DNA from: Candidatus Lokiarchaeum ossiferum
GTDB taxonomy: Archaea > Asgardarchaeota > Lokiarchaeia > Sigyniarchaeales > Promethearchaeaceae
Length of the DNA stretch: 64,000 bases
NCBI GenBank assembly: GCA_025839675.1
Contig: CP104013.1
Coordinates: forward strand, 3,041,121 to 3,105,120
Direction of reading: 5' to 3'
Under the pieces are notes generated by a model, which saw nothing but the letters and a program-made list of their open reading frames with translations, was not told the origin of the DNA and searched no databases. Position numbers and translations under genes: made by a program. This document shows, piece by piece, positions 49,250-59,155 of the stretch (within the stretch, counting starts at the first letter, position 1; the number at the start of each line of letters is the position of its first letter).

Positions 49250-49849
49250 TCAATCATATTCCGGTTTTTGGCCCCGTTTCTTAAAATATACCATGGATTC
49301 GGGAGCAGATTTATTTTGTTTAAGAAATTCGGAATAATCATCTTTTTCATCTGCATCCTCAATTTCTACCAATTTTAACTTGTATTTTTTCTCAAACTTC
49401 CGGGCTAAATCTAAAGATAGAGCAGTTGTTCCTTTTTCAATCCGTTTATAATAGTTTTCTTTAATAAAAACGGAATTTGCAAAGTCTTTGCTACTTAATT
49501 GATTAGTAGTGCGATATTTTAATAAAATATTGGTGGCATTATCAACAATTTTATATTGAGTAAATCGGTCTTTGCGAACAACTCTCTTTTTCACTTTATA
49601 TGGACTATCCGGCATTCTACTTTGTGCAATAGGAGAACTTGAAGCAGATACCATCGATCGAAATTTTTCACTTCTCTGAGATCTTGCATGTGCCTGAGCT
49701 TGTCTTTTTCGATCTATTTTGGGTACATCTCCCAAATCTTGACAATTAGGACATACTTCCATAATTACTCCTTCAACCTCTCTACGTAACAACGTATAAG
49801 TTTCATTTCCACAAAGTTCACATTCGCCTTTATTTCCCATTTTTCTCAC
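49250..49849 (-). CDS. MBF1-like zinc-ribbon + HTH protein (multiprotein bridging factor 1 homolog)
   Basis: N-terminal CELCG...CPNC zinc ribbon, basic linker, C-terminal XRE-type HTH (LSSKDFANSVFIKENYYKRIEKGTTALSLDLARKFE). Confidence 0.55.
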   Translation of the reverse strand: MRKMGNKGECELCGNETYTLLRREVEGVIMEVCPNCQDLGDVPKIDRKRQAQAHARSQRSEKFRSMVSASSSPIAQSRMPDSPYKVKKRVVRKDRFTQYKIVDNATNILLKYRTTNQLSSKDFANSVFIKENYYKRIEKGTTALSLDLARKFEKKYKLKLVEIEDADEKDDYSEFLKQNKSAPESMVYFKKRGQKPEYD

Positions 49850-50005
49850 AAAGTTACTTATTAGTTAGAATAAAGGAAACATCCCAAAAAAATATGTTTC
49901 ATTAATCAAATCTCAAAGCGATAACCCGAAAAATTATTTATCTAAAAAATCATAGCGGATTATGGGAAAAATCGGTTTAGAAGAAAAAGAGAAGAAAAAA
50001 AGAAC

Positions 50006-50251
50006 CTATTTGCCACCGCTGATTTTTGGAAGCACAAGAATTTCATCATTCCTTTCAATTTGCATGTTGGAGTCTGCTTTTTGACCATTAACTAAAATTG
50101 CAAAATATTTGGTTTCAATATTTAATTTTTGTATTACATCATGGACTTTTGATGCATCTTTTACACGATAAGTAGTCATTGAAGAAATTTCATTCAATTT
50201 TTCCAATCCAACCATTCGATTCAATATTTTCCCTCCGATTAAATACGACAA
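50006..50251 (-). CDS. ubiquitin-like beta-grasp protein (MoaD/ThiS/SAMP-like) ending GG-K
   Basis: 81 aa. C-terminal ILVNGQKADSNMQIERNDEILVLPKISGGK gives a beta-grasp pattern with a Gly-Gly followed by one extra Lys. Confidence 0.45.
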   Translation of the reverse strand: MSYLIGGKILNRMVGLEKLNEISSMTTYRVKDASKVHDVIQKLNIETKYFAILVNGQKADSNMQIERNDEILVLPKISGGK

Positions 50252-50376
50252 AAAGATCTTACCTATTTAAACTAAAAACATATCTATAAATGTAACTAAA
50301 AGTGTTGTCCAATTCTCAATAGAGAAAAAATATCCGATATTATTGTTTTTAAAACAAACCCTGACTTAATCAACAT

Positions 50377-51030
50377 TTAATCCCACGGATTGAATTTTTC
50401 TCGACTTTTCATGTTAAATTTTTTCTGAATATCATTAATCAATTGATTTTTGCAGTAATCATCAATGAACTGTTCAATCAATTCTTGTTCTGAGAAATCA
50501 TAGCTTTCTGCAAGATTTGAGTTTTGAGAAAAAATGTAGTTAATTATTGAAAAAGCTGTATTTGGAATATTAGAGACAGAATGCATCCTAAAATTAGGAT
50601 TCGAATTTGTTTTTAAAATTAAATTGTTCAAATGGTTTGAAAAATGAGATAAATTAGGATATTGAGCAATTTTCATTGATTTCATGTATTCAGGATTTTC
50701 AACAATGTTCTCATCGAGAAATAAAAGGAATGATTCTGATATCTCATCTATCAAAGCATGAGAGAATGAAGGAGGTAAACCAGTTGTTATGACTAAAACA
50801 TCAACTTCTTGCTCAAATTGCTCAAAATAAGAACTTTCAAAGTCAAATAGATATTTTCCAAGTTTGATTGATCTTAGTTTATTATTCGCTTCTTGGCTCA
50901 TGGACCTCGCAAAGGTTTTTAATGCAGAGAAAAAACTGAGGAGCAAATTAGGATCGATAAATTGTTTGGAAAAAAAATGAGTAAATAGTGGAATTCCATT
51001 CCCGTCAGAAATTAGAACTGCTTCAATCAT
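50377..51030 (-). CDS. longin/roadblock-like domain protein
   Basis: The N-terminal about 110 aa (MIEAVLISDGNGIPLFTHFFSKQF...LSFFSALKTFARSM...) follows the alpha-beta pattern of longin/SNARE-like/roadblock domains. The rest is unassigned. Confidence 0.3.
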   Translation of the reverse strand: MIEAVLISDGNGIPLFTHFFSKQFIDPNLLLSFFSALKTFARSMSQEANNKLRSIKLGKYLFDFESSYFEQFEQEVDVLVITTGLPPSFSHALIDEISESFLLFLDENIVENPEYMKSMKIAQYPNLSHFSNHLNNLILKTNSNPNFRMHSVSNIPNTAFSIINYIFSQNSNLAESYDFSEQELIEQFIDDYCKNQLINDIQKKFNMKSREKFNPWD

Positions 51031-51083
51031 AAATAACCAATATATTCCTTTAACAAATCTTGCTATTTAAATTCAATTGAAGA

Positions 51084-52337
51084 CTAAAATATAGCTTTTA
51101 AATCAGAAATGAAAGATTTTAAATGATCCCGTTTTACATGGGGCATCATCACCACTCGCATAACATCCCATTGAGAAAATTTACCAAGAGCCCATCCTTT
51201 CGCTCGAAGCCGAGAATCAAATTGATCAAAATTGATCGAAGCCTTTGAGGTCAATTTTAAACCTAAAACATTCATTTGTGGAGTGGTAGCAATTTTCACT
51301 TCTGGGATTTGAGTAATTTGATTAGCTAAATAGAGAGTATTTTCCCAACAGCTCTTTGTTATTTTAATGAAACCATCCTTTCCAAGGAATTGTAAAAGTG
51401 CCCAAAAAGCAATGGCTGGAGCACCTGGGCGGGTCCCTAGAATATTGAAAGATTTAAAGGATCCTCCAGCGAGATAAGGAATTTCAAATTTTGAATGAAT
51501 TGTATTAGAATTCCTCACTAATATTGCACCAGAAGGATTTACTCCCATTCCCATTTTATGAGGATCAACAGTCATCGAACAAACCTCTGGATTCCGAAAA
51601 TCAAAGGTAGGATAATAGTATCCGAACTTTTCCATAAAGGGGAGAACTAATCCGCCAAACGCAGCATCTACATGAAGATATATTTGATAATCGCGAGCAA
51701 ATTGGGAAATTTTATCAATAGGATCCACAAGTCCAAGCGAACTGGTTCCAGCAATGCCCACAAGTCCAACAGTATTCTCATCAATCAATGATTCATAGTG
51801 ATTCAGATCCAGTTCATAATCCTGTTGAAGACGAGCACGCCGTAACTGTAACCCCATGAGAGCTGCTGCTTTATCAAATGAATAATGAGCAGATTCAGGA
51901 ATGACAATCGAAGGATTTTTAACATAAGGTTTTGATCGTTTTGCGAGATACATTGCTATCAAATTGGCTTCAGTACCCCCACTTGTCATATTACCTTGAA
52001 TATTATTATCTCCAAGTAAATTGCCAAGTAAAGAAATAGTTTTGTGCTCAATTTCAGCGGTACCAGGATTAATTCCACGATCTCCTAAATTTCGATTCAT
52101 ATATTTTGCATATACCAACTTTGCAAATTCATGAGGCTCGGTTGTCATAGCACCTAAAATTTTTCCACTAGAATAACTAAGATCGGATTTAAGAAGATTA
52201 TCAAGCTGATCAATAATTTCGCCTTGGTTTTTTCCATTATTCGCGAATCCATCAGGTTGGTATAATTTTTTGGGGAAAAATGAGTCGATATTATTTAGAA
52301 TTTCAAATATGGATCTACCCTTTTCACTCATTTCCAT
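51084..52337 (-). CDS. mfnA: L-tyrosine/L-aspartate decarboxylase (group II PLP decarboxylase, MfnA-type)
   Basis: SGGTEANL, HVDAAFGG, PLP-Lys DPHKMG, C-terminal VMPHVKRDH; colinear with archaeal MfnA as recalled. Confidence 0.75.
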   Translation of the reverse strand: MEMSEKGRSIFEILNNIDSFFPKKLYQPDGFANNGKNQGEIIDQLDNLLKSDLSYSSGKILGAMTTEPHEFAKLVYAKYMNRNLGDRGINPGTAEIEHKTISLLGNLLGDNNIQGNMTSGGTEANLIAMYLAKRSKPYVKNPSIVIPESAHYSFDKAAALMGLQLRRARLQQDYELDLNHYESLIDENTVGLVGIAGTSSLGLVDPIDKISQFARDYQIYLHVDAAFGGLVLPFMEKFGYYYPTFDFRNPEVCSMTVDPHKMGMGVNPSGAILVRNSNTIHSKFEIPYLAGGSFKSFNILGTRPGAPAIAFWALLQFLGKDGFIKITKSCWENTLYLANQITQIPEVKIATTPQMNVLGLKLTSKASINFDQFDSRLRAKGWALGKFSQWDVMRVVMMPHVKRDHLKSFISDLKAIF

Positions 52338-52640
52338 TTGATGTAACCCCAGAATTAAATAACTTAATTAATTCCTAAAATGATCCTTTTAAAATTCAAA
52401 ATAAGGTTTTAATCTTAACTAGTATATACTACAAATCCAAGAATAATTCTCTTCAAAAAAGAATTTGATCAACTATTTTATTGATTAAACAAAATTTTAT
52501 CTAATTTATCTAACATCTGACTAATTTTTCACCGTTTTTTTGCAATTTTTCCCCAGAAGTTTAAATATCTGAATTATCCTTACAAATTTGTTTAATAAAA
52601 AAAAGAGAATTTTTTATCACAACTCATGAGGAAAATAAAC

Positions 52641-52793
52641 CATGTCAGATCAAATACATTTCAGCGACGTGATTGCTATCATCATTCAGAAGATTCAACA
52701 AATATGGAACGAGTATGAATTCACCGAAAGTGATTTTTTGGAGGAAATACCCCCAGTTAAATTTCTTTCCAGTATAGATTATGACTTAATGTA
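52641..52793 (+). CDS. small acidic hypothetical protein (50 aa), uncertain
   Basis: ATG preceded by TGAGGA 10 nt upstream. MSDQIHFSDVIAIIIQKIQQIWNEYEFTESDFLEEIPPVKFLSSIDYDLM, followed by a T-run. Too short for the ORF track. Confidence 0.2.
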
Positions 52794-52899
52794 GAAATTT
52801 TTTTTATCTCCTTCTGTTAAAAAAAACAAATTTGTTTCGAGTTTTATTTTTAAAAATTATCAACACTATGATTTTTTTAATTAGTGCTTACAGTGTTAT

Positions 52900-54942
52900 T
52901 TGTCAATGGGTAAAAAAAAAATAGTTCTTAGAAAAAAAGAGAACAAGATTCCTGAACGTTATAAAAAAGAATTGAATGAGGAACAATATAAAGTAGTAAC
53001 TCATGAAAATGGCCCTGCATTGGTAATAGCTGGAGCAGGATCAGGGAAAACCCGAGCATTAACCTATAGAGTTGCACTTTTAATTGAAAAAAACGAGGAT
53101 CCTGCCTCCATTGTATTAGTAACCTTCACTAAAAAAGCTGCCAAGGAAATGACAAGTCGGGTTGAATCACTTGTTGGATCCAAAGCGCGTGGTATAAATG
53201 CAGGCACTTTTCATCATTTAGCAAATCGAACATTACGTAAATATGCACAAACTATTGGTTTTTCTAATAATTTTACGATTTTGGATAAAACTGATCAAAT
53301 TACCTTAATGAAACTAATATTAGCGCAATTCCCCAAATCAGAATCTGAAAAGCGAACTCGATTTCCAAAAGCTCAACAGCTCCTAGAAATCCAGTCAAAA
53401 AGAATTGATCTTACCATAACACTGAAACATGTGATAAAGGAATATTTCCCACAATATGCAGATCTAACTGATCCCATTAGGAAAATTTTAGATCGCTTTG
53501 TTTCCAGAAAAAAAGAAACTAATCTCATGGATTTTGATGATCTCATGGTCTATTTCTTAGTTTTTTTGGAAAAAGATGAAGCTTCGAAAAGCTTTAAAAA
53601 AAGAATTAGTCATGTATTGGTTGATGAGTATCAAGATGTAAATTCAATCCAAGCAAGAATTGTGGATAAACTCGCTGAATATGCTCATAGTTTAATTGTA
53701 GTCGGGGATGACGCACAAGCGATCTATAAGTTTCGAGGTGGAGATTTTACTCACATGTTAAACTTTCCAAATAATCATCCCACAGCATTACAGTATAAAT
53801 TAGAGACAAATTATCGCTCAAATCCTGAGATTCTTAGTTTAGCAAATATTTCCATTGGACATAATCAGAATCAATTTAAAAAAAATCTAAAAACATCACG
53901 TCCTTCAGATGAAAAACCGATGATGGTCCCGTGTGCAGATCTGGAACAAGAAGCGGAATTAATTTGCCAACAAATTCTCGAATATCGAGATCAAGGGATT
54001 CCCTTGAATGAACAGGCAATTCTTTTTAGATCAACATATAACTCTCTAAATATTGAACAGAAACTGGTTCAGGAAAACATCCCCTATGAAATGCGAGCCG
54101 GAATGCGATTTTTTGAACGGGCACACATTAAAGATTTACTGGCATTTCTCAGTGTGATTGTAAATCCTGCGGATCAAGTGCAATGGATGCGAATCCTTAG
54201 TTTACATGAAAAAATTAGCAGTGTGAGTGCCCAAAAAATATTAAACATCTTTTCCCCGAATTCCAATCAACTAGAACAATTTTGCTTTTATGATTTGGTC
54301 TCGAAGCTAAAAGGTAAGCGCATTCAAAAAATAGGGATTCATAGCTTGATTAAATTACAAAATTTTTATAAAAAACTTATTATGGACATTCCTAAAAGGT
54401 GTCTCCTCCCCACGGAGCAATTTGCATCTATCCCACAAATAATCGCGAAAATCATAAAATATCTCACCCCTATAATTAAAGAAAATTATAAGAAAAATTT
54501 TGAAGATCGATTGCGGGATCTGGAAGAGTTGATGGGTTTTGCATCAAAATATTCCGATATAACATCACTACTTGGAGATATTCTGACCCAATTTGACATT
54601 CAAGGCGAGACTATAAAAGAAGGAGATATCGTTGAAGAAGAAAAACCCTTAATTCTATCTACTATTCATTCATCCAAAGGGTTGGAATGGAAAATTGTGT
54701 ATATGATCAATTTGGCCGAAGGACGGATGCCTAGTTCAAGGGCCATTGGGAATTCGCAATCGATGGAAGAAGAACGTCGATTATTTTACGTTGGTTGTAC
54801 CCGTGCGAAAGATGTATTAATGCTAACTTATCCTAGGTTTTTACCATATCGATCATTTGATTCAATTAGTGGTCCTTCGCGATTTCTGACGGAAATTCAA
54901 TCAGCAGAAGTTTTTGATGAAATCGAATTAGAAGAAGAATGA
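52900..54942 (+). CDS. UvrD/PcrA-family ATP-dependent DNA helicase
   Basis: Walker A AGAGSGKTRAL, motif II VDEYQDVN, motif VI ILSTIHSSKGLEW, C-terminal VGCTRAKD. Confidence 0.85.
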   Translation: MSMGKKKIVLRKKENKIPERYKKELNEEQYKVVTHENGPALVIAGAGSGKTRALTYRVALLIEKNEDPASIVLVTFTKKAAKEMTSRVESLVGSKARGINAGTFHHLANRTLRKYAQTIGFSNNFTILDKTDQITLMKLILAQFPKSESEKRTRFPKAQQLLEIQSKRIDLTITLKHVIKEYFPQYADLTDPIRKILDRFVSRKKETNLMDFDDLMVYFLVFLEKDEASKSFKKRISHVLVDEYQDVNSIQARIVDKLAEYAHSLIVVGDDAQAIYKFRGGDFTHMLNFPNNHPTALQYKLETNYRSNPEILSLANISIGHNQNQFKKNLKTSRPSDEKPMMVPCADLEQEAELICQQILEYRDQGIPLNEQAILFRSTYNSLNIEQKLVQENIPYEMRAGMRFFERAHIKDLLAFLSVIVNPADQVQWMRILSLHEKISSVSAQKILNIFSPNSNQLEQFCFYDLVSKLKGKRIQKIGIHSLIKLQNFYKKLIMDIPKRCLLPTEQFASIPQIIAKIIKYLTPIIKENYKKNFEDRLRDLEELMGFASKYSDITSLLGDILTQFDIQGETIKEGDIVEEEKPLILSTIHSSKGLEWKIVYMINLAEGRMPSSRAIGNSQSMEEERRLFYVGCTRAKDVLMLTYPRFLPYRSFDSISGPSRFLTEIQSAEVFDEIELEEE

Positions 54943-54971
54943 AAAAAGAAGTTCCAAAAAAATATCTCAAT

Positions 54972-56564
54972 TCAAGTGTTCATTGTTTTGTACAATTTTT
55001 TATTATTGGAATAGAGTTTCTTGAAGACTTTGAAATTCTTATCATAGTGAGCCTTATACTTCTCTTGTGGTTTGAAGACTTTTTCAATTGGGATAAATTT
55101 TTTAGCAGCTTTGAAGGATTCTATTACACCCAATCCAATTCCACAAATGATTGCTGCTCCAGTTGCACCAGCATTTTGAGGATCTTCAGGCACTTCAACA
55201 ATCCTTCCTGTAACATCCGCAATTATTTGAGACCAAACATCAGATTTTGCACCGCCTCCAACGTACCTTAGTGTTTTTTGATAAGGAATTTTCAATTCTT
55301 CAGCTTCTAAACACCATCGAAAATTGAAAGCAACACCTTCCAATACTGAACGAATCATTTCACGCTTGCCAGTGTTGAGCCCCAAATTAAAGAACATCCC
55401 TCTCACATACGGATCTTGAGCGGGAGCGCGATTTCCATGAAGCCAAGGTGTGAAAATAATGTTAGTTGGTTCGATTTCGGACACTATGGCATTCATATAA
55501 TCAAAAAGACTATTAAATTCATCATTTTTATCAACAATATTTTGCTTATCTAGATATACTCCAATTTCATCCAAAGCAAGATGGTCTCTAACCCATTGCA
55601 AACAAATTCCTGTGGTTTCCATTTCAGCAATGTAATTATAATGATTTGGAATTCCTCCTAGTAAAGACACACAGAAATGGCCTAAATCTGCCATTCTTTT
55701 ATCAACATTTGAGACGACCCAACCACTAGTTCCTGCATATAAGTGAGTATCATATAAATCCGTTGCCCCTGATCCAATGGGAATATTGCTTGCATCACCA
55801 CCACCTGCATAGATTGGGATAGGACCTTCCAAACCCATTTCTAAAGCTGCTTGTTTAGTCAAATTTCCTACAATATCAGTAGCATTAACAACTTTTGGTA
55901 AGTGTTCCATATTTACTTTGACCATTTTACACAATCCTTTATGCCACCTGAGCTTTCTTGGACGAGTGTCATAAAGCCATGTTAGCTGAGCACTATCCCC
56001 GGTCATACAATAATTTCCCGTACACTTAAAAATAAGGTAATCTTTAACATCTAACCATTTATAAGTCTGCTCAAACACTTCGGGTTCGTTATTTTTTACC
56101 CATAGATATTTAAACAGTGGATCTTTAGCAGTTCCGGGTCCACCTCCTGTAATAATCAACCATATAATTATTTTAAACCAATGATAGCCCTCAATTCGGA
56201 TCAATCCATGAGCTAACACTTTTTCAAATTCCTTTACTGCTCTTCCATCCAACCAGATCATTGGTCTTCTTAAAACTTTCCCGTTTTTGTCTACCATTAT
56301 GGAACCTTGTAATTGTGTTGTAAAAGAGATACCATGGATATTTGAAGGGGAATGACCAGAATGCTTAATTATTTTTTTTGTACCAATACATATCGCATTC
56401 CACCAGTCCTTTTCATCTTGTTCCGCTCCACCATCTGGTGTTGTATAAAGAGTATATTCCGTCATAACACAATCAAGAAGTTTTACAGATCCTTTGATCT
56501 CATAAAGACAAGATTTCATCCCAGTTGTTCCAACATCATGAGCTATTACATATTTTACTTCCAT
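54972..56564 (-). CDS. FGGY-family carbohydrate kinase
   Basis: N-terminal IAHDVGTTGMKSCLY (FGGY N-domain) and C-terminal GGGAKSDVWSQIIADV. 530 aa. Confidence 0.8.
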   Translation of the reverse strand: MEVKYVIAHDVGTTGMKSCLYEIKGSVKLLDCVMTEYTLYTTPDGGAEQDEKDWWNAICIGTKKIIKHSGHSPSNIHGISFTTQLQGSIMVDKNGKVLRRPMIWLDGRAVKEFEKVLAHGLIRIEGYHWFKIIIWLIITGGGPGTAKDPLFKYLWVKNNEPEVFEQTYKWLDVKDYLIFKCTGNYCMTGDSAQLTWLYDTRPRKLRWHKGLCKMVKVNMEHLPKVVNATDIVGNLTKQAALEMGLEGPIPIYAGGGDASNIPIGSGATDLYDTHLYAGTSGWVVSNVDKRMADLGHFCVSLLGGIPNHYNYIAEMETTGICLQWVRDHLALDEIGVYLDKQNIVDKNDEFNSLFDYMNAIVSEIEPTNIIFTPWLHGNRAPAQDPYVRGMFFNLGLNTGKREMIRSVLEGVAFNFRWCLEAEELKIPYQKTLRYVGGGAKSDVWSQIIADVTGRIVEVPEDPQNAGATGAAIICGIGLGVIESFKAAKKFIPIEKVFKPQEKYKAHYDKNFKVFKKLYSNNKKLYKTMNT

Positions 56565-56823
56565 TCAAAATTCTTCCTATAATCAAAATTTTCCTTAAAA
56601 AACTATAAAGCTTTCTAATTTTACGTGAAAAACCAAGAATTTAACCTCTAAAAGAGTATCTAGTTTTGTATTTTTTTACTAATCAAAAACATAAATAATA
56701 CCAAAAAAAGTTAATTGGAGGGGAGTGCTTTAGATTTTGAGTGCAAAAATAGTCATATTAATATTGGGAAATGGCAATAAGTAACCAATTTCTTTGTATT
56801 ACCGTACTGAAGAGTGAGAAAAC

Positions 56824-58164
56824 ATGGCAAAACAGAACACTACGAGTCAAAAAATAGTATTGCTAAGTCTTTGTAATGTGATGTGGGGATTAATACCATT
56901 ACCCGCATCAAAGTTATTTGCAAATTATTCTACCTTTCTGATTATTTTCGCTCGTTTTTTAATGATGACAATCTTCACTCTGGGGTTTATATTAATATTT
57001 ATATTGTATCAGCAAATGCATTTAAAAAAAAAAAAAAAGCAATCTATTAAAATTAAGGAAATTGTGTCGTATCTAGCAAGTAAAAATGTGGAATTTTTTA
57101 ATTTTCCTCAATGGCTATATTTGCTGTTCCTCGCGGTTTTTGGAATGAATTTGATGACAATTCTCTTTTTTTGGGGTTTAAAATCGGTGGGTGTAATAAT
57201 AACATCAATCGGAGTCATTTTTTCTTTAGTTGTAGTCACAGCTGTTAATTGGGGGCGGGGAAAAGAAGAAATGTCTCCTTTCAAAGCTTTATACTTAATC
57301 ACATTAATAGGAGCAACAGTTATACTCGGGATTATTAGCCAGAATCAACAATCTGGAGAAAATCAACAGTTTTCGTGGAATACAATCGGAATTATTATTG
57401 CTTATGGCTTAACTCTTTCATTTTTTGTCATCAGCAGTTCAAAAGACAAGATGAGTCCAAAAGAATTTACCCTTCTACGAATAAATAAAAACTATAGACT
57501 AATCAGAACATTTCTAAAATTAGGAATCCTTTCTTTTTTTGCCTCATTAACCTTCATTCCATTACAATTAATCTTCGGAATTCTACCTTTAGGAAATGAA
57601 ATATCTGGAGAAATCAGCCGATTTTTCTCAGAAGTTCACCTTTGGTGGACTATTTCATGGACTGGGAATGGAATTATCCTGATTTTAATCTGTACAATTG
57701 CGCCATATTTTTTATATTATTTTCTTGCAGCAAACTGGCCAAAACATACTTCTTTTGATTTATGGGTAGGAGTTTTACAATTAATAGAACCCATAATTAA
57801 CCTCATATTGGGGGTAACAATTTTAGAGGAAAATTTCCCTATTTCATGGTTAGTAGTGATCATATTCTTGATGGGTATCGCAATAGTCACCAGATATCTC
57901 AGTGAAACTGAAGCCCAGATTTTTGCCTTATTTCTTCTAAAAACAAAACCGAATCAAAATAAAGAAGCAATGACCATTGCGTACTCGTTTAAGGCGGTTC
58001 GGCAAGTTTTTTCTCTGATTGGAAATTATGACCTTATGCTGGATGTTCAGCTCCACTCATCACAAGCGTTAAATAAATTTATCCAACAGACTATCCTCAG
58101 TCTTCCAGGTCTAATTGAATATGATATGCTGATTATTACAAATACTGAAATGGATCGAAACTGA
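56824..58164 (+). CDS. EamA/DMT-like transporter fused to C-terminal RAM (Lrp/AsnC ligand-binding-like) domain
   Basis: About 10 TM helices with EamA-like duplicated 5-TM architecture. The C-terminal about 90 aa (AYSFKAVRQV...YDLMLDVQLHSSQALNKFIQQTILSLPGLIEYDMLIIT) resembles the stand-alone RAM proteins encoded just downstream. Confidence 0.5.
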   Translation: MAKQNTTSQKIVLLSLCNVMWGLIPLPASKLFANYSTFLIIFARFLMMTIFTLGFILIFILYQQMHLKKKKKQSIKIKEIVSYLASKNVEFFNFPQWLYLLFLAVFGMNLMTILFFWGLKSVGVIITSIGVIFSLVVVTAVNWGRGKEEMSPFKALYLITLIGATVILGIISQNQQSGENQQFSWNTIGIIIAYGLTLSFFVISSSKDKMSPKEFTLLRINKNYRLIRTFLKLGILSFFASLTFIPLQLIFGILPLGNEISGEISRFFSEVHLWWTISWTGNGIILILICTIAPYFLYYFLAANWPKHTSFDLWVGVLQLIEPIINLILGVTILEENFPISWLVVIIFLMGIAIVTRYLSETEAQIFALFLLKTKPNQNKEAMTIAYSFKAVRQVFSLIGNYDLMLDVQLHSSQALNKFIQQTILSLPGLIEYDMLIITNTEMDRN

Positions 58165-58199
58165 ATAAAAAATGAAAAAAAAGAATGTGATTCAACACC

Positions 58200-58442
58200 A
58201 TGGGAATTAAAATAACGAGTTTTATTAAAATTGAATTTGGTAATTCTGAGAAGTTTAATGAAGAATTAAAACAGATTCCCGAAGTAGTTAAAATTTTATC
58301 TATTTCGGGTGATTTTGACCTGTTAATCCATATATTGGTAGAAAAAAGTGAAGATTTAGTTGAAATAATTGAAAAAATCGAGAAAATCCCAGGAATTAAA
58401 GAAATTAACAGCCATTATGTTTTAGCGGAATGGGAAAAATAA
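58200..58442 (+). CDS. stand-alone RAM-domain (Lrp/AsnC C-terminal-like) protein
   Basis: 80 aa. SGDFDLLIHILVEKSEDLVEIIEKIEKIPGIKEINSHYVL fits the beta-alpha-beta-beta-alpha-beta RAM pattern. Confidence 0.6.
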   Translation: MGIKITSFIKIEFGNSEKFNEELKQIPEVVKILSISGDFDLLIHILVEKSEDLVEIIEKIEKIPGIKEINSHYVLAEWEK

Positions 58443-58461
58443 ATTCAAGGAGAAAAGTCTA

Positions 58462-58719
58462 ATGAAAGTCAAGATATTATCTTTTGTTAAAGTAGAATTG
58501 GGTCGAACCATGGAAATTGTGGAGAAATTACAATTGATAAAAAATGTTAAGGAAATTTATTATATCACTGGTGAATATGATCTTGTGATGAAAATTGAAG
58601 GCGAATCGAGTGAAGAACTTCAAAAAATCATGATGACTCAAATTGACATAATAAAAGGAATTAAAAAACTAAACAGTCATTTAATGGTAAAAAGATGGAT
58701 GACAGATTCTGAAGGTTAA
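58462..58719 (+). CDS. stand-alone RAM-domain protein (paralog)
   Basis: 85 aa. TGEYDLVMKIEGESSEELQKIMMTQIDIIKGIKKLNSHLMV. AAGGAG SD 9 nt upstream. Confidence 0.6.
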   Translation: MKVKILSFVKVELGRTMEIVEKLQLIKNVKEIYYITGEYDLVMKIEGESSEELQKIMMTQIDIIKGIKKLNSHLMVKRWMTDSEG

Positions 58720-59030
58720 TTAAAGCGATTTTTATCTCTTTTTCGATACTTTTCTAAAACATTTTTTAATTCAAGGGTTAAATCTACTTTATAATGGTTT
58801 GCTAAACAAATTAGGCTGAAAACAGTATCAGCTAATTCCTCACCAATGGAATTTGTTGGTTCAGAGGCCTTTTTATGTTTAATATTCACCTTTGCATTGA
58901 TTTCACGGGATAATTCCCCAACTTCTTCAACAACGGATGCAAGCATAGATAAAGGAGGCCAGTATCCACCAAAATCCGTAATAAGAGAATCTACATCTTT
59001 TTGAATTTGCTTTAAAGTTTTTTCAATCAT
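58716..59030 (-). CDS. MazG-like nucleotide pyrophosphohydrolase
   Basis: EEVGELSREI and EELADTVFSLICLAN (EExxE/EExxD all-alpha NTP-PPase motifs). 104 aa. Confidence 0.6.
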   Translation of the reverse strand: MIEKTLKQIQKDVDSLITDFGGYWPPLSMLASVVEEVGELSREINAKVNIKHKKASEPTNSIGEELADTVFSLICLANHYKVDLTLELKNVLEKYRKRDKNRFN

Positions 59031-59155
59031 GAAGTAATCACGAAGTATTGAAATATTCTTAAGTTATTTTTTAAAAGGGTTTTAAAAATATACAATTTTC
59101 CCTTTGGAAAAATAAAGAAGTACAAATAATTATAAATCGAGATTGTGAAAAAAAA

